Source: Schmidtea polychroa
Taxonomy: Eukaryota
Length of the DNA stretch: 64,000 nucleotides
Reading direction: 5' to 3'
Assembly (NCBI GenBank): GCA_044892525.1
Contig: CM097885.1
Span: forward strand, 15,564,001-15,628,000
Shown piece by piece: positions 34,170-49,604 of the stretch. Below the pieces are notes generated by a model. That model made no database searches, was not told the origin of the DNA, and worked only from the letters and a program-made list of their open reading frames with translations. Each line of letters opens with the position of its first letter. The first letter of the stretch is position 1. A program made the position numbers and the translations under genes.

Positions 34170-35824
34170 TGTAGCCATCCAAATATTAAAATATAAAATG
34201 TTTTAATATTAGGATAGTTTGTTTAAATATTCAAACATTGTTATTAAAATATAATTTGAAATGTCAGCGTAACCATGAACGGTGCGATGGAAGCCTTCAA
34301 CCAATATCATTTTTCTCAAGGAAACTCAGCTCAACAGAACAAAAATATTCAACATTTGACAGAGAGCTGCTTGCAGTTTACCTGTCCGTTAAAAATTTTA
34401 AGCACTACCTGGAATCAAACGAATTCTGTCTAAAAACTGATCATAAGCCGCTCATTCACATGAGTTCGATGAAAAACCCTTCAAATCGTCAATGGCGATG
34501 GATCAACTACATTTACCAGTTTAACTTCAACATTCATCACACAAGAGGTCAAGACAATCAAGTTGCTGACTTTCTATCGCGACAAAGGGAGACAGAACCT
34601 CAAGAAGCCATAGTTAATAATATCAAGCTAACAGAATTAATTATCCAACAAAAAGACGAATCCTTTATTAAATCACTGAAATCAACGACTTTGAAGTTAC
34701 AGGAAACTGAAAATGGCGTTCTTGTTGATGTCAACAACAACATCGTCAGGATAATTCTACCCGAAGTCTTTAGACGGCTAGAATTCAACCGTCTACATAA
34801 CAGGCGCCACCCTGGGGCAAATGCGACGATCAAAATGATTAAACAGAAATATGTTTGGCCAAAAATGAGAAGTCAGATACGTAAATGGTGTAAAGAATGC
34901 GAATCATGCCAAAAGAACAAGATAAATAGACATACTAAATCAAAACTAGGACAACTACCAGACAGAGGTAAATTTAAAATAATTCATATTGACATAGTAG
35001 GTCCATTGCCCTCAGTCAACAACAAAAGGTTTCTTTTGACAATCATTGACAGATTCTCCTCATGGCCGGAAGCTTTTGCAATAAATGAAATAAACAGCTC
35101 AAGCATAGTTAATATACTCGAAAAAGAATGGATTCCTCGATATGGAGCGCCAGAAATTGTCATTACTGACAATGGCAGACAATTTGTCTCATCAACTTTC
35201 AAGGAGCTGTGCTCAAAATATGCCATCGAACATCGACATACAACTGCATACCATCCTCAGTGTAATGGCAAAGTCGAAAGATGGCACAGAACATTAAAAG
35301 CAGCTCTTCGAACACATTCCGACAATGCCAATAGAAGTTGGGCTAACGACATACCGGCAGTTATGCTTGGCTTAAGAAACGTCACATCAGAAGAAACCGG
35401 TCTATCACCAATGCAAGCGGTTTTTGGAACCGATTCCAGAATGCCAGGTGACATCGTACTAAAAAAATTGAAGAAACGCAAATGCAACGAAAGGTCATAC
35501 TTTCCGAAAGAATTAAAAACATGCAGTCACGTATGGATGGTCAAAGAATCAAGGTCTTCCCTTCAACCAATATATGAAGGACGCTTCAAGGTCATTAGTC
35601 GCAGTGAAGATTTCAAAACATATCAAATTGAACAAAATTCAAAGATAGTCAGAGTCTCAGTTGACAGACTAAAAGCCGCATTTTCAAGTTAAGATACTCC
35701 ATAATCTACGTTGGGGGTTTATGTAGCCATCCAAATATTAAAATATAAAATGTTTGTTTAAATATTCAAAGTTTGTTTAAATATTCAAACATTGTTATTA
35801 AAATATAATTTGAAATGTCAGCGT
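34170..35824 (+). mobile_element. Internally deleted Gypsy/Ty3 LTR retrotransposon
   Basis: Direct repeats starting TGTAGCCATCC at 34170 and 35722; G-rich PPT TTGGGGG before the second; RNase H-integrase ORF between. Confidence 0.85.
34238..35692 (+). CDS. Gypsy RNase H (C-terminal part) + integrase, open frame without a clear ATG
   Basis: PISFFSRKL, YSTFDRELLA, TDHKPL, HHCC finger, HIDIVGP, TDNGRQF, NGKVERWH, YEGRF (GPY/F-like). Confidence 0.8.
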   Translation: MLLKYNLKCQRNHERCDGSLQPISFFSRKLSSTEQKYSTFDRELLAVYLSVKNFKHYLESNEFCLKTDHKPLIHMSSMKNPSNRQWRWINYIYQFNFNIHHTRGQDNQVADFLSRQRETEPQEAIVNNIKLTELIIQQKDESFIKSLKSTTLKLQETENGVLVDVNNNIVRIILPEVFRRLEFNRLHNRRHPGANATIKMIKQKYVWPKMRSQIRKWCKECESCQKNKINRHTKSKLGQLPDRGKFKIIHIDIVGPLPSVNNKRFLLTIIDRFSSWPEAFAINEINSSSIVNILEKEWIPRYGAPEIVITDNGRQFVSSTFKELCSKYAIEHRHTTAYHPQCNGKVERWHRTLKAALRTHSDNANRSWANDIPAVMLGLRNVTSEETGLSPMQAVFGTDSRMPGDIVLKKLKKRKCNERSYFPKELKTCSHVWMVKESRSSLQPIYEGRFKVISRSEDFKTYQIEQNSKIVRVSVDRLKAAFSS

Positions 35825-37330
35825 GTTCTTCTCCCAACAATAAGTTTAAATGAACTCCCAATTTTGGAAGTTTTTGATAAAGTAATGAGAATGGAATTGA
35901 AAGAGCGAGAAAATAAACATTATTTAAACAACATTCTATAATATAGGATTCCTATATATGACCCAATTAGGTCTTTTCAGCTGAAATCAGAACTTTATTT
36001 TTAAACGTTATTAATCAGATAAATTAAGAATTATCACATTATTGTTACTCTGTTTCCATTATAGAATTGGAGGCATAGAATGGTAAACAACGACAATCTG
36101 GTAGGACAGTTTCTTAAATGTAACATTTAGCTTGGAAATTAGGGTTTTTAAATAGGAATATTAACTAGAAAATCTAAAAAAACACCTAGATCACACTTTG
36201 CCATATAATTTTTAGATCCTTATGAGAGCGCCACGGTTTTTCAAAATTTAATAACCCCGACAGCAAAAATGCGATTTACAAAAAAATGTTTGCTTTACAG
36301 GCAAGCATTGCTATTTTATATACGACTCTATTTAATGATGAGAGCAATTATCTCAACATATCACAATTATAATAGCGATATAGATGTTATTAATATAATA
36401 AAGATATAAATGGCAGAGATCAATTATGATATAAATCGGAACCACAGCCACAATAGAACGACTAAATAACACTGATCGTAATCATACAAAGATGATAGTC
36501 ATGAAAGTGGGAATAATCATAATAGTACTGGTAGGTTTCAGGTAAACTATATTTTACACTCTAGTATTGTAGTAGGAACCCAAAAAGCTTTACCATTCAA
36601 CACCCGTTACGTGAAACTTTGGCAATAAACCGGATAGGAATAAGTCAGAGAATCGGTAACTCCTCCATATTAATTATATAATTTCTGTAAAGTACATTGA
36701 TTTCATAAACATAACAGCCTGTTTCATGTAACTCGTGCGACTGTCAAGCAAACATTAATAAAATCTAAAACCAACAAAAATCAAAAAATACAGAAGAAAC
36801 GTTTATTTACAAATTGTAAGCTTAAATAATCGTTTAAAATATACGCGGCATTTGTACAGATCCAATCGCATCATCCAATAGAATTGTGTATCACCGACAC
36901 AAAATGTGATAATAATAATAATAATAATATATAGAAAGGGCAATAAAAACAGTACAAATCAAAAATATTAAAATTCTATTTAGTTCAATTAAAAATGTAT
37001 ATAATTATTAATAATAATGATAATATCATGGTAACCAGGGAGGAGCATAGATACATATATATGTACACGTACCGCTGCTAGATGATGGTGTAAATATATC
37101 CCAGTGCTAAAAGGCGCTGCTGTCCATACCAGTGATGGGTGATACCGATGTGTTGCTATTACCGTTGCTAATCATCATCATCATCATAATATTAATAGTT
37201 ATTACAAGCACAGATCATTACAACCATATATACATATACATCACAGGCCAAATGGCTTCAATAAATCCACACAAACACATATCATATTATATTATATATT
37301 ATATATCATATCATTCTCTCCGGCAGCCCC

Positions 37331-37438
37331 TCATCTGAATTTCGCTTCGATGACAACCATTTTCTTTTTAGATCTGGACTTTCCAGATTTAGTTTTTGAA
37401 TTGTTGACAGCTGGTGGTGGAGTAGTTTTTTCAATGTC

Positions 37439-37476
<38 letters not shown>

Positions 37477-40400
37477 TAAAAAAAATTAATTAATTTTATA
37501 ATAAAATAATAATTAATTAAATAATAAATAAAATATAAGAAAAATAAATAATAATAATAATAATAATATTTAAAATAATAAATAGTAATAATTAATAAAA
37601 TATTATTAAATAAAAATAATTATGAGCGATTATTAATTAATGTAAAATATATTAAAAGTAATTAATTAATTTTAATAAAATTATAAAAATTTAAATAATA
37701 AAATTTTAATAGTAGAGTAATAATAAAATCGAATTTTTATTATTAAAAAAAATATTAACAAAATTTAAATAATAGAATATAATTGATATTATTCAGTCTT
37801 AATAAAAATAAATAAATAATATTTAAAATAATATTTACAAAAAAATTAATATTAATAATTAATAAAATATAATTAAAATTTTAATTTAAAAATAATATAT
37901 AAAAATAATAAAAAATTAATAATAAAATAAAAAATATTAATAAAAATACATAAAAACTAATAATATTTAAAATAATTAAAAAAAATATTAATAAAATGTG
38001 ATTAAATAAAAACAATTGTTTAAGAAAATTAAATAATAGTAAGATATTGGAATTGAAAATTTTCAGTCTTAATAATAGTAATTAATTGAAAAAAATATAT
38101 ATTAAAAATAATTAATTAAAAATATTACGAACAAAAATTAAATGATAATGGAATTTTTAGTCTTAATAATAATATATTTTAATAATAATTAATTAAATAA
38201 TGAAATGAATAAAGTAATAATGAAATCTATTTTTTCCAGTCTTAATAATAATAATTAATAATAAATAAAATATAATAAAAATTAAAAATAATATATAAAA
38301 ATAATCAAATAATAAAAAATATTATTAAAAAATAAATATTAACAAAAATTTAATAATTAGATGAAGTTGATAAATAAAAATACATAAAAACTAATAATAT
38401 TTAAAATAATACTTACAAAAAAATTAACAAAAATAAAATAATAAAATGTCATAGAAATTAATAATTAATAAATACAAATAATAATAAAATATATGATTAA
38501 ATAAAAATGATATAATAGTGAAAATCGATAGCTAACCTGCCAAGTGTCCGCTGCTTGATAGTCAGAAAGCTCCTGGCGTTTAGCGATAAATTCCAATACA
38601 AAATTGCAGGTGAACTTAGAATCGCCCAGCAACTGGATAGCCATTTCCATAACCTAGAGAAGGAAATCCAAAATCAAATCGAATCGCAACCCCTCGACAC
38701 CCATTACCTCCTCATTTGGCACCTCCTTTAACAACTCGATCACAGTATTTAATTCGAACTCTTCGGAGAATTTAGCGAGCCTTTTCAAGCACCATTTAGT
38801 CAGCTGATCCACTGATCCGATTTCTTGCTTATAATTAGACGCAACTGGCGCTTGATGTTGTCGCTGCTGCTGTCTATGAACCGGATTGATCGATGGCTAT
38901 TTCATATTACAATTCCATTCCCCATAAATATATAACCATTTTACTTCGTTTATTTTGTGGTTCTGTGGTTTAGAATTGCACTCGGCCGTTACCACCGCGG
39001 CTGGCACCACCACCTTATTATGTACAGGAACATCGCTGGGAATCATATCCCAGATCGATTTGCCAACTGGGATCTGTGCGGGTTTGGGTGTCTGCTTCAG
39101 CAATGACTCCTTGAATGACTACAAGAACAGAAATCATCATCTTCTTGTAATTTTATTCAATTCCAATTCATTACTGTCACTTTATTCGTTTCTATTTGAT
39201 TAACTTTCATTGCTTTTTCTATTTCTTTAGTTTTCTTGGCTTTCAATGCTTCTTCGGCTTGGATTTCTACAAGTGATTTGGCTGCAGGAGAAACATTTTG
39301 AGACAAAGTTTGTCCTGATTTCCAAGTGGAAGGAGTTTCAGTTTTATTTTGACTGGTCTTTAAATTATTCCATTATAAAGATTTGTATTATAATTACAGA
39401 ATAATTATTGGATTATTATTGAATTATTATTGAATAATTATTGGATTAATGAATTATTATTGGATTAATGAATTATTATTGGATTAATGAATTATTATTG
39501 GATTAATGAATTATTATTGGATTAATGAATTAATATATGATTAATGAATAATTATTGGATTAATGAATTATTATTGGATTATTGATTTATTATTGGATTA
39601 ATGAATAATTATTGGATTAATGAATTATTATTGGATTAATGAATAATTATTGGATTAATGAATAATTATTGGATTAATGAATTATTATTGGATTAATTAA
39701 TAATTATTGGATTAATGAATAATTATTGGATTAATGAATTATTATTGGATTAATTAATAATTATTGGATTAATGAATTATTATTGGATTAATGAATTATT
39801 ATTGGATTAATGAATTATTATTGGATTAATGAATTATTATTGGATTAATGAATTATTATTGGATTAATGAATTATTATTGGATTAATGAATTAATATATG
39901 ATTAATGGATAATAATTGGATTAATGAATTATTATTGGATTAATGAATAATTATTGGATTAATGAATAATTATTGGATTAATGAATTATTATTGGATTAA
40001 TTAATAATTATTGGATTAATGAATAATTATTGGATTAATGAATTATTATTGGATTAATGAATAATTATTGGAATAATGAATTATTATTGGATTAATGAAT
40101 TATTGAATTAATATTGGATTATTATTGCATTAATAAATTATTAGTGTTATTTTTAGATTATTTAATTATTAGTGTTATTATTGGATTATTGAGCTATTAA
40201 TGGATTAAAGTAATTACTGTATAAAAAGTGCAAATTTAAAATCAATACAGAGAGAAAAATCCTGATATTGCCCATAATTTATTGAAACACGTGGAATTCA
40301 ACATGCATTTAAATTCCCGACCAATCACATGGAATCACGCGAGAATAACAATAATTTTTGCCCAAAATTTAAATAATATGAAAAAAATAAAATCAATTAC

Positions 40401-43295
40401 TTCATTTGATAATTCTAATTTTTTTAAAACTTCATGTTGCTCTTTTGCTATTTTTTCTTTCAAAGTTTCTTCAGCCTGGATTTGCAGCAAAGATTTTGTT
40501 GCAATTACCGGAGGTTTAATCAAAGCTGGCATGTCATTTTTTATAGATTTTTCCTTTTCAGTAAATAACTTAATAAATATAAATTCAATTGAAATTGGTT
40601 CCTAGTTGGTAAATAACAAGATTACTGGAATTTTGTTTGATTCAGACAAATTTGTTGATTTTGATTGCTTGTTTTTTCTATTACCTACTTCTACTATTTT
40701 CGGTTTTACTGTTCCATCAACTTTTACTTTTAACTGAGATTCCTTTAGAGTTGGTAATTGTTCTTTTATTGATTTATCGGAATCTTTCATAACAACAGAA
40801 CTGTCAGACAATTTATTTTCTGTGCCCATTTGATTGGGTGATTTTTGAGCCTGAGGAGCAGCATTCCAAATTGACTTTACCTGTTCTACTTTGCAAGTTT
40901 CTTTTGGCGAAGTATTTCGTACAACCTATTGGAGAAAATGAAAATAATTGAAGAAAAACTATAACTTAATCAATATCTGCCAGTCTATTATAATCAATAT
41001 TTTACGTATTTTAACTGTTTAATCAATATTTCAATATAACGATAATGCCGAGTAATGGATAAATATTGAAACATAAATTCCAACATAAATATCGATCTAC
41101 ACAATTCTAATATCAGATATTGTGCAGATCAGACTTGAATATATATATTTTGATCAGATTTGAAAGTAACTGTGATATAGGAAATAATATAAATCAATAA
41201 TTACATTGGCTAAAATTTAGTTTTGATAAATATGATAAATACTCGACAAAGATTACATTTAAATGGGATTGGTAACTGAAGTACGAGAAAGCAAATATAG
41301 AAATTTTAATTTACTGGTCATTAACACAACACCAAAAAAGATTGCCAAATTCAGATTAAAAATTATTGTGTTGAATAGCGAAAAATAGCGATTTAATTTT
41401 GATCAATAGACGTGATGAAAATAAATGAAATGTTAAAATAAAACAAAAGACAGACTTAAGATTAAATATAATTGTAATAGCACCTGGACACGGATTTATC
41501 TTCAAAATAAAAACGACAACAAGGCAAAAAGTATTTGTTCCAAAGAGAAAATAGTATCCAATTAAAAAATTATCCTTCCAATGCCTATTTTTGGTACAAT
41601 TAATCTTTTTTGTGTTTTCAATTTCAATTATTTTAAAATTTCAATTATTTTCAATGAATTTTATTTAGCAATAAATGAAATTTTGATCTATAATCGTAAT
41701 CAAAATAAATGAAATGTTAAAAAAATAAAAACAGAAAAGGATTTTATAGATAATATCAATAAAATAATATTTTTTAAAAAATTAAAGATAAATATGATAA
41801 ATTGAAAAACCATAAGAAAATAATTGAAATTGCCTCAAATTAATAAATTATCCTTCCAATGCCTATTTTTGGTACAATGAATCTTTTTTTGTATATAATA
41901 AATTATTGGGTAATTTATTAATAAAAAAATTGATTTATTTTAAATATAAATCAATTTTAATTATTTTAAAATTTCATTTATTTTCATTACAACGTCAGAT
42001 CAAAAATTATTGTTGAATAGCAATAAATGAAATTTTGATCTATAATCGTAATCAAAATAAGTGAAATGTTAAAAAAATAAAAACAGAGAAAAGGTGAACA
42101 GAGTAAAGGATTTTATGGATAATAAGAACTTTTTTTTTTCAAATTTCACCACTAATTTATTTTCCATTATATTTATAAAAAGAAGAGCTTGAAGAATATG
42201 AATCAGTAAATTTATCAAAAACATCGATATATTTTCAGGCTTTTTAATAAATATTTTATATAGGGAATGGAATAATGGGGGCATTTCAATTGTAACAATC
42301 TATATCAACACCTGGTATTCTGAGATAATCATTGATGTATATTGTTCCTCTCCTCTTACTTGATTGGTTTCAGTGATTACATAGAAGGGAATATGCATAC
42401 TTTTTAGGATTTTAGTATATTTAGTTATTTCAACAATCAAAAAGTTAATTAAATTCATTTTATGATATTGTTAGAAATTGTTATATAAGTAATAAAGTAA
42501 GGGCAAACTATGGAATATATAATATAAATCATTAATTTTATTGTGTTAGTATAATTTCTTATTGGAGTCAGTATAAAATTCCTACCGTTGGTTGAATTTC
42601 CGGCTCATTGGATTTCTTTTCTTTTTTCATTTTAATACTTTCTTCCGCCTGTATTTGGATAAATGATGTGGAAATTGCGGTTGGAGTGGTTTTCACTGGA
42701 CCCCATATTGATGGTGAATCAGATTTTCGATTTTCCAATTCAATTCTTATTGGTCTAACCTGAACAAACGTAATTTCAATAATGAAATTGAGAAAATGAA
42801 TTCTGGTTTTATGTAACACCTGTGATCGATTAATTAATAGTTCTGACCCTGGAAATAATAGTCACTTTTCAATGCAATCGATGTCCTATCTGACACTTAA
42901 TTTTATAAATGATTTTTATTAAATCAATCATTATAAAAAAGTTATAAGAAAAAATAATATATTGTGATCAGTTATAACTCCTCAAGCTCATTTAATAATC
43001 ATTTAAAATTTAAGCAGTTACTGTCTTAAATTTTAGGTTTAAAAATGCAATTGATACAAGTAAAATTCAATTTATGCCATCAATATTATCAAAATTTATG
43101 AAATTCCTACATTATCAGTTCAATAATTATTGATTTAATTGTGAAAATATTGACAAATTATTAAATTTTTGAAATTCTACATGCTTTTCATATTTGAGGT
43201 TCTTCATTTCCTTCAAATGGTAAAATTTTTGCTAAAATCCTTTTTTTGATTTATTTTCTTAGTACGTAATTTTTAAATTTCTACCTCAAATACAA

Positions 43296-43333
<38 letters not shown>

Positions 43334-45160
43334 AGATTTGAGTTTCTTCATTTCCTTCTTTAAATCGATCAAATGGTAAATTGCTCAATCTTTTTGGTAA
43401 AATCCTTTTTATTGATTTATTTTATTAATACTTAACCCTTTCGCACCGACTTTCCGCTAATGACACTATGCTAAATTTATATATTGGAACTTGTTAATAT
43501 TGACCTAAATATGAAATATTCTCATTTTTGTAATCGTGGCGCTTCTGAATATCCTAGAAAGTCCTGGGATAATAAGTCCCAATAGGCTTTTATGGACCAT
43601 TCAAAATATCCCAGTAGGATCATGATGAAAGTTTCCGGGACGTATTGTCCCAATAGGGGCGAAAGGGTTAATATTTAAATCTCAAATTTATATATTGTTG
43701 TTATAAATCGCTTTCCGTGTTTAATAAAATGGATTAAATTGAACTGCACTAGATTATAATTCTGCACAATTGTTTCCTGTAAACTGTTATTGATTTAATT
43801 TCCATTTGAATCATTTATAAAATCAATCAATTTAGATCAAAATGTTTAATAAATTAATTTGAATGGAAAATTACAAACTGAAAAAAAATTTTTAAATTCA
43901 AAATTAAATCGATTCTTTATGAATTAATTTTACTATATAGAAGTTGTTCTGAGGTCAAACATCATCAGCAAAGACAGGTATGGGAAACCTTTTTATTTTC
44001 ATAGGCCACATTGAAATTTGTGGCCTCCAAATGGGGCCGCAGTCAAAAAGTATTTTAACATTAATTAATTTCATTTTATATACAGTTAGTAATTAAAACA
44101 ATGTTTATAATCAGTCTCCAGATTTGAATAATGCAGTTGTATGAAATATTCTGGAATATGTTTTTTATTTCTGAATCGAAAAGTTGATGCAAATAAGTCA
44201 TCATTTCACAAATAATCTTATTTATTCTTCTACAAACGTTTTGTATTTATGGATGTGAATAATTGACTTTTATATTTCGTTCTTTGTACTCGGTGGCATT
44301 CTTATACAGTACGATATATGCAGTCCAGTAGTTACAAGTATTTTCATTTGTAAATTCTCAAAATTCATGGTTCTTTTTGTAAATTAAGATTTATTTCGAT
44401 AAGGCTCCGTGGGCCGCAGGTTCCAAACCCTTGATCCAAGATATCATTGATATAAAAAATGATTGATTTGTATGAAAAATTGATCAAATAATAAAAATAA
44501 TTAATTTATATAAATATTGATCAATTATTTTATGTAAAAAATTTTATAAATTCATAATTTTTTAATTGATTAATAAATATTGATTCCAAGGAAAAATGTT
44601 AAAAATATTAAATTAAAAGAATATATAATAATTGGATATTGATATTAATAGATATTAGTGGATATCAATCGATATTAATTGATATTATTGGATATTAATA
44701 GATATCAATGAATATCAATCGATATTAGTGGATATTAATTGATATTAGGATAATAAACAATGTAATATCGAGAAATAAAAATCAAATTAAAACTAACTTT
44801 TGATATATTGTCATTTTCTTTTCCAGTTGCAGTTATCACTGAATCCCTTGGTATGATAAGTAACCTGCTGTCTGTTGGCTGTTCAGGTGGTTTTGCTTCA
44901 GGGATGGGAGTTATCTTCTTTTCCTCCTTTACAGTTCTACTGTATTAATCAATTTATATGGATTTTTACACGTTTTAGTATTAATACTTGTTTACTTAAG
45001 CTTTTGTTCTTTTGTTTTACTTTTGAATTTTGGCTTCTTTTGATGAGAACCATTTATTAGATTCATCTGTTACATTCAATATTTGTTCAATGTTAGATTC
45101 ATCGATTTCCCATTTATCAACAACTGGTTCCAACTTCGGTTCCAAGACAACTGGACTCCT
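37331..45160 (-). CDS. GIGYF2: GIGYF-family protein, 3' multi-exon portion (5' part absent)
   Basis: Repeated SxW...KS(L/F)xxIQAEE exons (~42600-42760, 40400-40920, 39200-39360); C-terminal LTKWC..RL...LLGDSKF..NF..EFIAKR...WQ; last exon KKKMVV, stop at 37331-37333. Exon limits approximate. Confidence 0.65.
39405..40110. repeat. 19-bp minisatellite (TTATTGGATTAATGAATTA)n, intronic
   Basis: Direct reading. Confidence 0.95.
43436..43667. mobile_element. piggyBac-type MITE
   Basis: TIR CCCTTTCGC / GCGAAAGGG flanked by TTAA on both sides. Confidence 0.88.
43975..44433. mobile_element. Possible hAT-type MITE
   Basis: Degenerate TIRs CAGGTATGGGAAACCT / AGGTTCCAAACCCTTG and subterminal GGGCCGCAG motifs; TSD only partial. 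Confidence 0.45.
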
Positions 45161-45417
45161 CAAAAAAAATAACAAGCAAAAACCATCAAATTTATACAAT
45201 TAAAAATACTAAAATAGCACTAACTAACGCAGATGACAAAAGGGTTTGGGTGGGGAAAAATACTAGTTTAGCATATGGGCATGTAAGATTAAGTCAATTA
45301 AATGTTGGAGAAGATGATGAAGAATTTGATGAAGAAGATGTTGGAGAAGATGTTGGAGAAGTTGTTGGTGAAGATGATATTGATATTGATGACATTATTT
45401 TATCTGACGAAGATTGA
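45161..45417 (+). mobile_element. 3' fragment of pPolB from a different Polinton family
   Basis: Reads ITSKNHQIYTIKNTKIALTNADDKRVWVGKNTSLAYGH plus an acidic tail; aligns by eye to the pPolB C-terminus SENHDIH...KVSLSNYDDKR...T.P.G. Confidence 0.75.
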
Positions 45418-45538
45418 TTTTATTAAATAAAATTTTATATCTTTACTTTGTTCTTTTTATGTGTTTGGTAAATTTTTATGTTTGTTATGTGTCTAGTTAT
45501 TTTTATGTGTTTAGTTAATTTTTAGGTGTTGCATAGTA

Positions 45539-45766
45539 CACTCATACCTCGCTATACGGCTGCTCTTTATACGGCTTTTCGCTATAACGGCCTACTTTAT
45601 TTACGGCACTTTTTCGATTTACGGCCTAAAATGTTTCGTTATACGGCCAAAAATCCTATTGAATTGTATATGGAATTGTATCAAAATATTTGATTCGTTA
45701 TGCGACGTTTCGCTTTGCGGCCAACTTTCCTGGAACGTATCTAGGCCGTAAAGCGAGGTATGAGTG
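45539..45766. mobile_element. Tc1/mariner (pogo/Tigger-like) MITE
   Basis: 22-bp TIR CACTCATACCTCGCT(A/T)TACGGC with TA on both flanks. Confidence 0.9.
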
Positions 45767-45779
45767 TATTTGGTTGAAA

Positions 45780-45854
<75 letters not shown>

Positions 45855-45856
<2 letters not shown>

Positions 45857-47140
45857 GTGATGTACCGGGTACCCGGAAATTACCCGGCATACCCGGCAAT
45901 ATTTTCAGTACCTGCAATTACCTGGATCTGGTGCTGGGTATTGGGTTTCTTATTTGAAATTTGAAAAGAGGATAACATAATAAATGAATGAAAACAAAAT
46001 ACACAAGATTTATTTTAACTAGACATTTTATTAAAAAAATACAATATAAAAAATTAAATTTAATAATTAAATCTCAATAATGGGAGATTATAATGCAGAA
46101 ATAATAATTTCTCTGCGTTGCGTGGAAGAAGTTTATTTCTTCTCTCCTCGTAAATAATACCAGCCTCGCTGAACATTCTTTCACTGGGTATGCTACTAGG
46201 AGGCGCTGATAGGTATCGTCTAGCCAATTTTGATAGTGTTGGATACATATTTGCGTTATTTGACCACCAAACCAACGGATTTTCGGTACGAGGAATGTTA
46301 GGATGTTTGAGAAAATTTAAAAGTTGAATATTATCTGTTGAACTTCCCACGGTATAGGTTTCTTCTTCAATGGATTTATTTTCAAATAAAATTGATCTGT
46401 GCAAGCCCACACATCTCCATTTTTATCATGATTATTTTTTCCATGTTCTGCAGGTTCTCTCTGTTTATTGTCATTGTTTTAATCAATACTTATAGGAGAA
46501 ACATTATTCATTTCTTCTATAATCCAATTTTTAGCAATAATTTGTGTATCGGGTTTTAAAAATTTAAGTTTGTAACTGGGATCTAATACCGTAGCTATTA
46601 TATACAACTTATTCTTTTCCATATTTTCAAATCGAGCCTTTAAAGATTTTAGCATTTCTTTTTTCATCGTTTGTGTTCTTTTATCGTGTAGTTTTTTACA
46701 GAGAAAGCGCTCTAAGGCAACTACATTTGGTATCACCAACGAAATAAGAGTTTCCTCTCAACTGGCTTCAACTGTAACGATGTAAAATTGCTCCAATAAT
46801 TAATTCAAAATTTGCTGCATTCAAGTTTGATATATTGTAATCTGAGGAATATAGTGTGATGGCATCTTTTTGTTCTAAAGTCCTCTTGAATATATGATAC
46901 GTCGAATTCCATCTAGTGACTACATCTTGTACTAATTTGTGTTGTGGAAGCGAATGTTTGGTTTGTATTTCTTTCAACTTAGTACTACCTACTTGCGAGT
47001 GATTAAAATGGGTTACTATATTGCGACACTTTGCGGAAATAGATTTTTGAGAATATATGTTATCATGAATTACCAATTGGATGCTATGAATAAAACAGGA
47101 CTCATTTCTCAAATGGGCAATATTTGATCCACTGATCATA
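45855..47140 (-). mobile_element. hAT (ZBED-like) transposon 3' portion, degenerate
   Basis: CFIHSIQL, QDVVTRWNST, ATVLDP.YK, hATC domain LARRYLSAPPSSIPSERMFS; end TAGTGATG at 45855. Confidence 0.88.
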
Positions 47141-47766
47141 ATAAGTAGGTAGAAGTGAGCCCACGATGACTTATAGAAAATTTTGAGGTCAACCTAAGGA
47201 CAAATTTAAGGGCAATGTCATTTTCAGGACAATTTAAGCCATTTTAAGGTCAAATTCTGAGGTCAATGTTGATTTTAGGCTATTTTAAGGTCAACTTTTG
47301 AGGCCAAAGTCTAATTTTTTCTCAATTTAAGGTCATAGAAAATTTTAAGGTCAACTCACCTACCTCTAACTTTAAGGTCATAGAAAATTTTAAGGTCAAC
47401 CCCCTACCCTTACCACTTAATTTTAAGGTCAAATTGAGGTCAAAATTAAAAATTTTAAAAATTTTCTTAAGTCCATTTAACGAATTACTTTATAGAGAGT
47501 TTTCAAAGTCAAAACACGTTTTAATACTACGTTTGCAAATGTCTTTGTTGCACATGCATTTGCAAATGTCTTTGTTACTCATGCATTTGCATTGCAAATA
47601 TCTTTGTTACTCATGCATTTGTATTGCATGTCTTTGTATTACACACCGTAAGGATAGAAAAATATTTCTAAGCGAGATCTAAATTGACTGTGTGTAAAGG
47701 GCAATAAATAAGGGTAAAATAAAATTTTTTTAAGAAAATAAATGTAATTTTATTTAAATTTATGAC

Positions 47767-47769
<3 letters not shown>

Positions 47770-47858
<89 letters not shown>
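47770..47858. repeat. (TA)n microsatellite
   Basis: Direct reading. Confidence 0.98.
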
Positions 47859-47861
<3 letters not shown>

Positions 47862-48508
47862 GGTGGGTCGAATGTTAATAAATTTTGAGTTCAAGAAAGG
47901 AAACATGGTTAAAAAGTTGTATTTTGGTATAGAAAAATCGAATCAAACCATTTTACTTAGATTTATGGACATTTACTGCTCCCAACTTTTTTCCGAAAAT
48001 GCAGTTCAACATAAGTGTGAAAACAATGTAATTTGGCTAGTGTCGGAATGTGTTTTGCGCCTTTGTCCATATTTAGATGTAGCTTTCTTAAGAGCTTTAA
48101 GTATATTATTTACTCTCTTGGGCTGAGATAGTATATTCTGTGTCCTCATCCCGCATTGAAATATATCCTGACAACGTCAGTGATTAGGAAGGGCCAAATT
48201 TGAATTATCCTTTTCAAAGACAAAAATCAACTTTCGAAATTATTTTTTATTAAAAACATCCAGCCAAAAGTTTAGAAATGTATTAGCGAGGGCATAAAAA
48301 GAAGTCACATGAAATCAGCTTTGCTTTGCACCTTGGGCAATTCCTTCCTTGATTTTTTACACAGTAGTACCATACCATGTCTGGACTTGTGACCAAACAC
48401 TTTGCAACTGGCAGAAAAAACATCTTTGATGGCTCTTTCAACGGCTTGAGAATGACAGGGAAATTGTTCTAATGTAATTTTCTTATTCATCTTCAATTCA
48501 TGATCCAA
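47859..48508 (-). mobile_element. hATm-like DNA transposon 3' remnant
   Basis: FPCHSQAVERAIK motif (48305-48508) and TAGGGTG terminus at 47859. Confidence 0.6.
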
Positions 48509-48979
48509 TAATGAGATAAAAATTTATGCGTGTCTGTATATGAAAACATTGATAAGAAGCAATAAATATTATATCAAATCTCTTATGTTTTACATAGAAC
48601 TATATTAACCAATCAGAATCATAACCAGTATTAGTATAAATAAAACAGAATATTTAAAATTAATGTACAATGTCAAAATCAAATTTTGCAGAAAACATCT
48701 AAAAAAGTTTGGTTAATGAGAATATCGCACAAAGCCTCAGTTTCCTAGTTAAACAAACTGAGAAAATCATTGACGGAAACCATGTCGACTACCAAACCAT
48801 GCTTGATATGGAATGCCTGGAGACGAAGAAATTTTATTTCAAAAGGATTTTCGACTGTCTATTTGACGACCAAATGAAGCGGACCAGAATAATCATAGGT
48901 TTTACCTATATGAAGATTATTATAGAAAAAAGTCTATACGATGCTGATCATTATTATCTGTGGTCTCAAGAAGTAAATA

Positions 48980-49604
<625 letters not shown>

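Noticed and set aside
39405..40110. CRISPR-like array
   Set aside because: Head-to-tail 19-bp units with no unique spacers, in a eukaryotic intron, with no cas genes.
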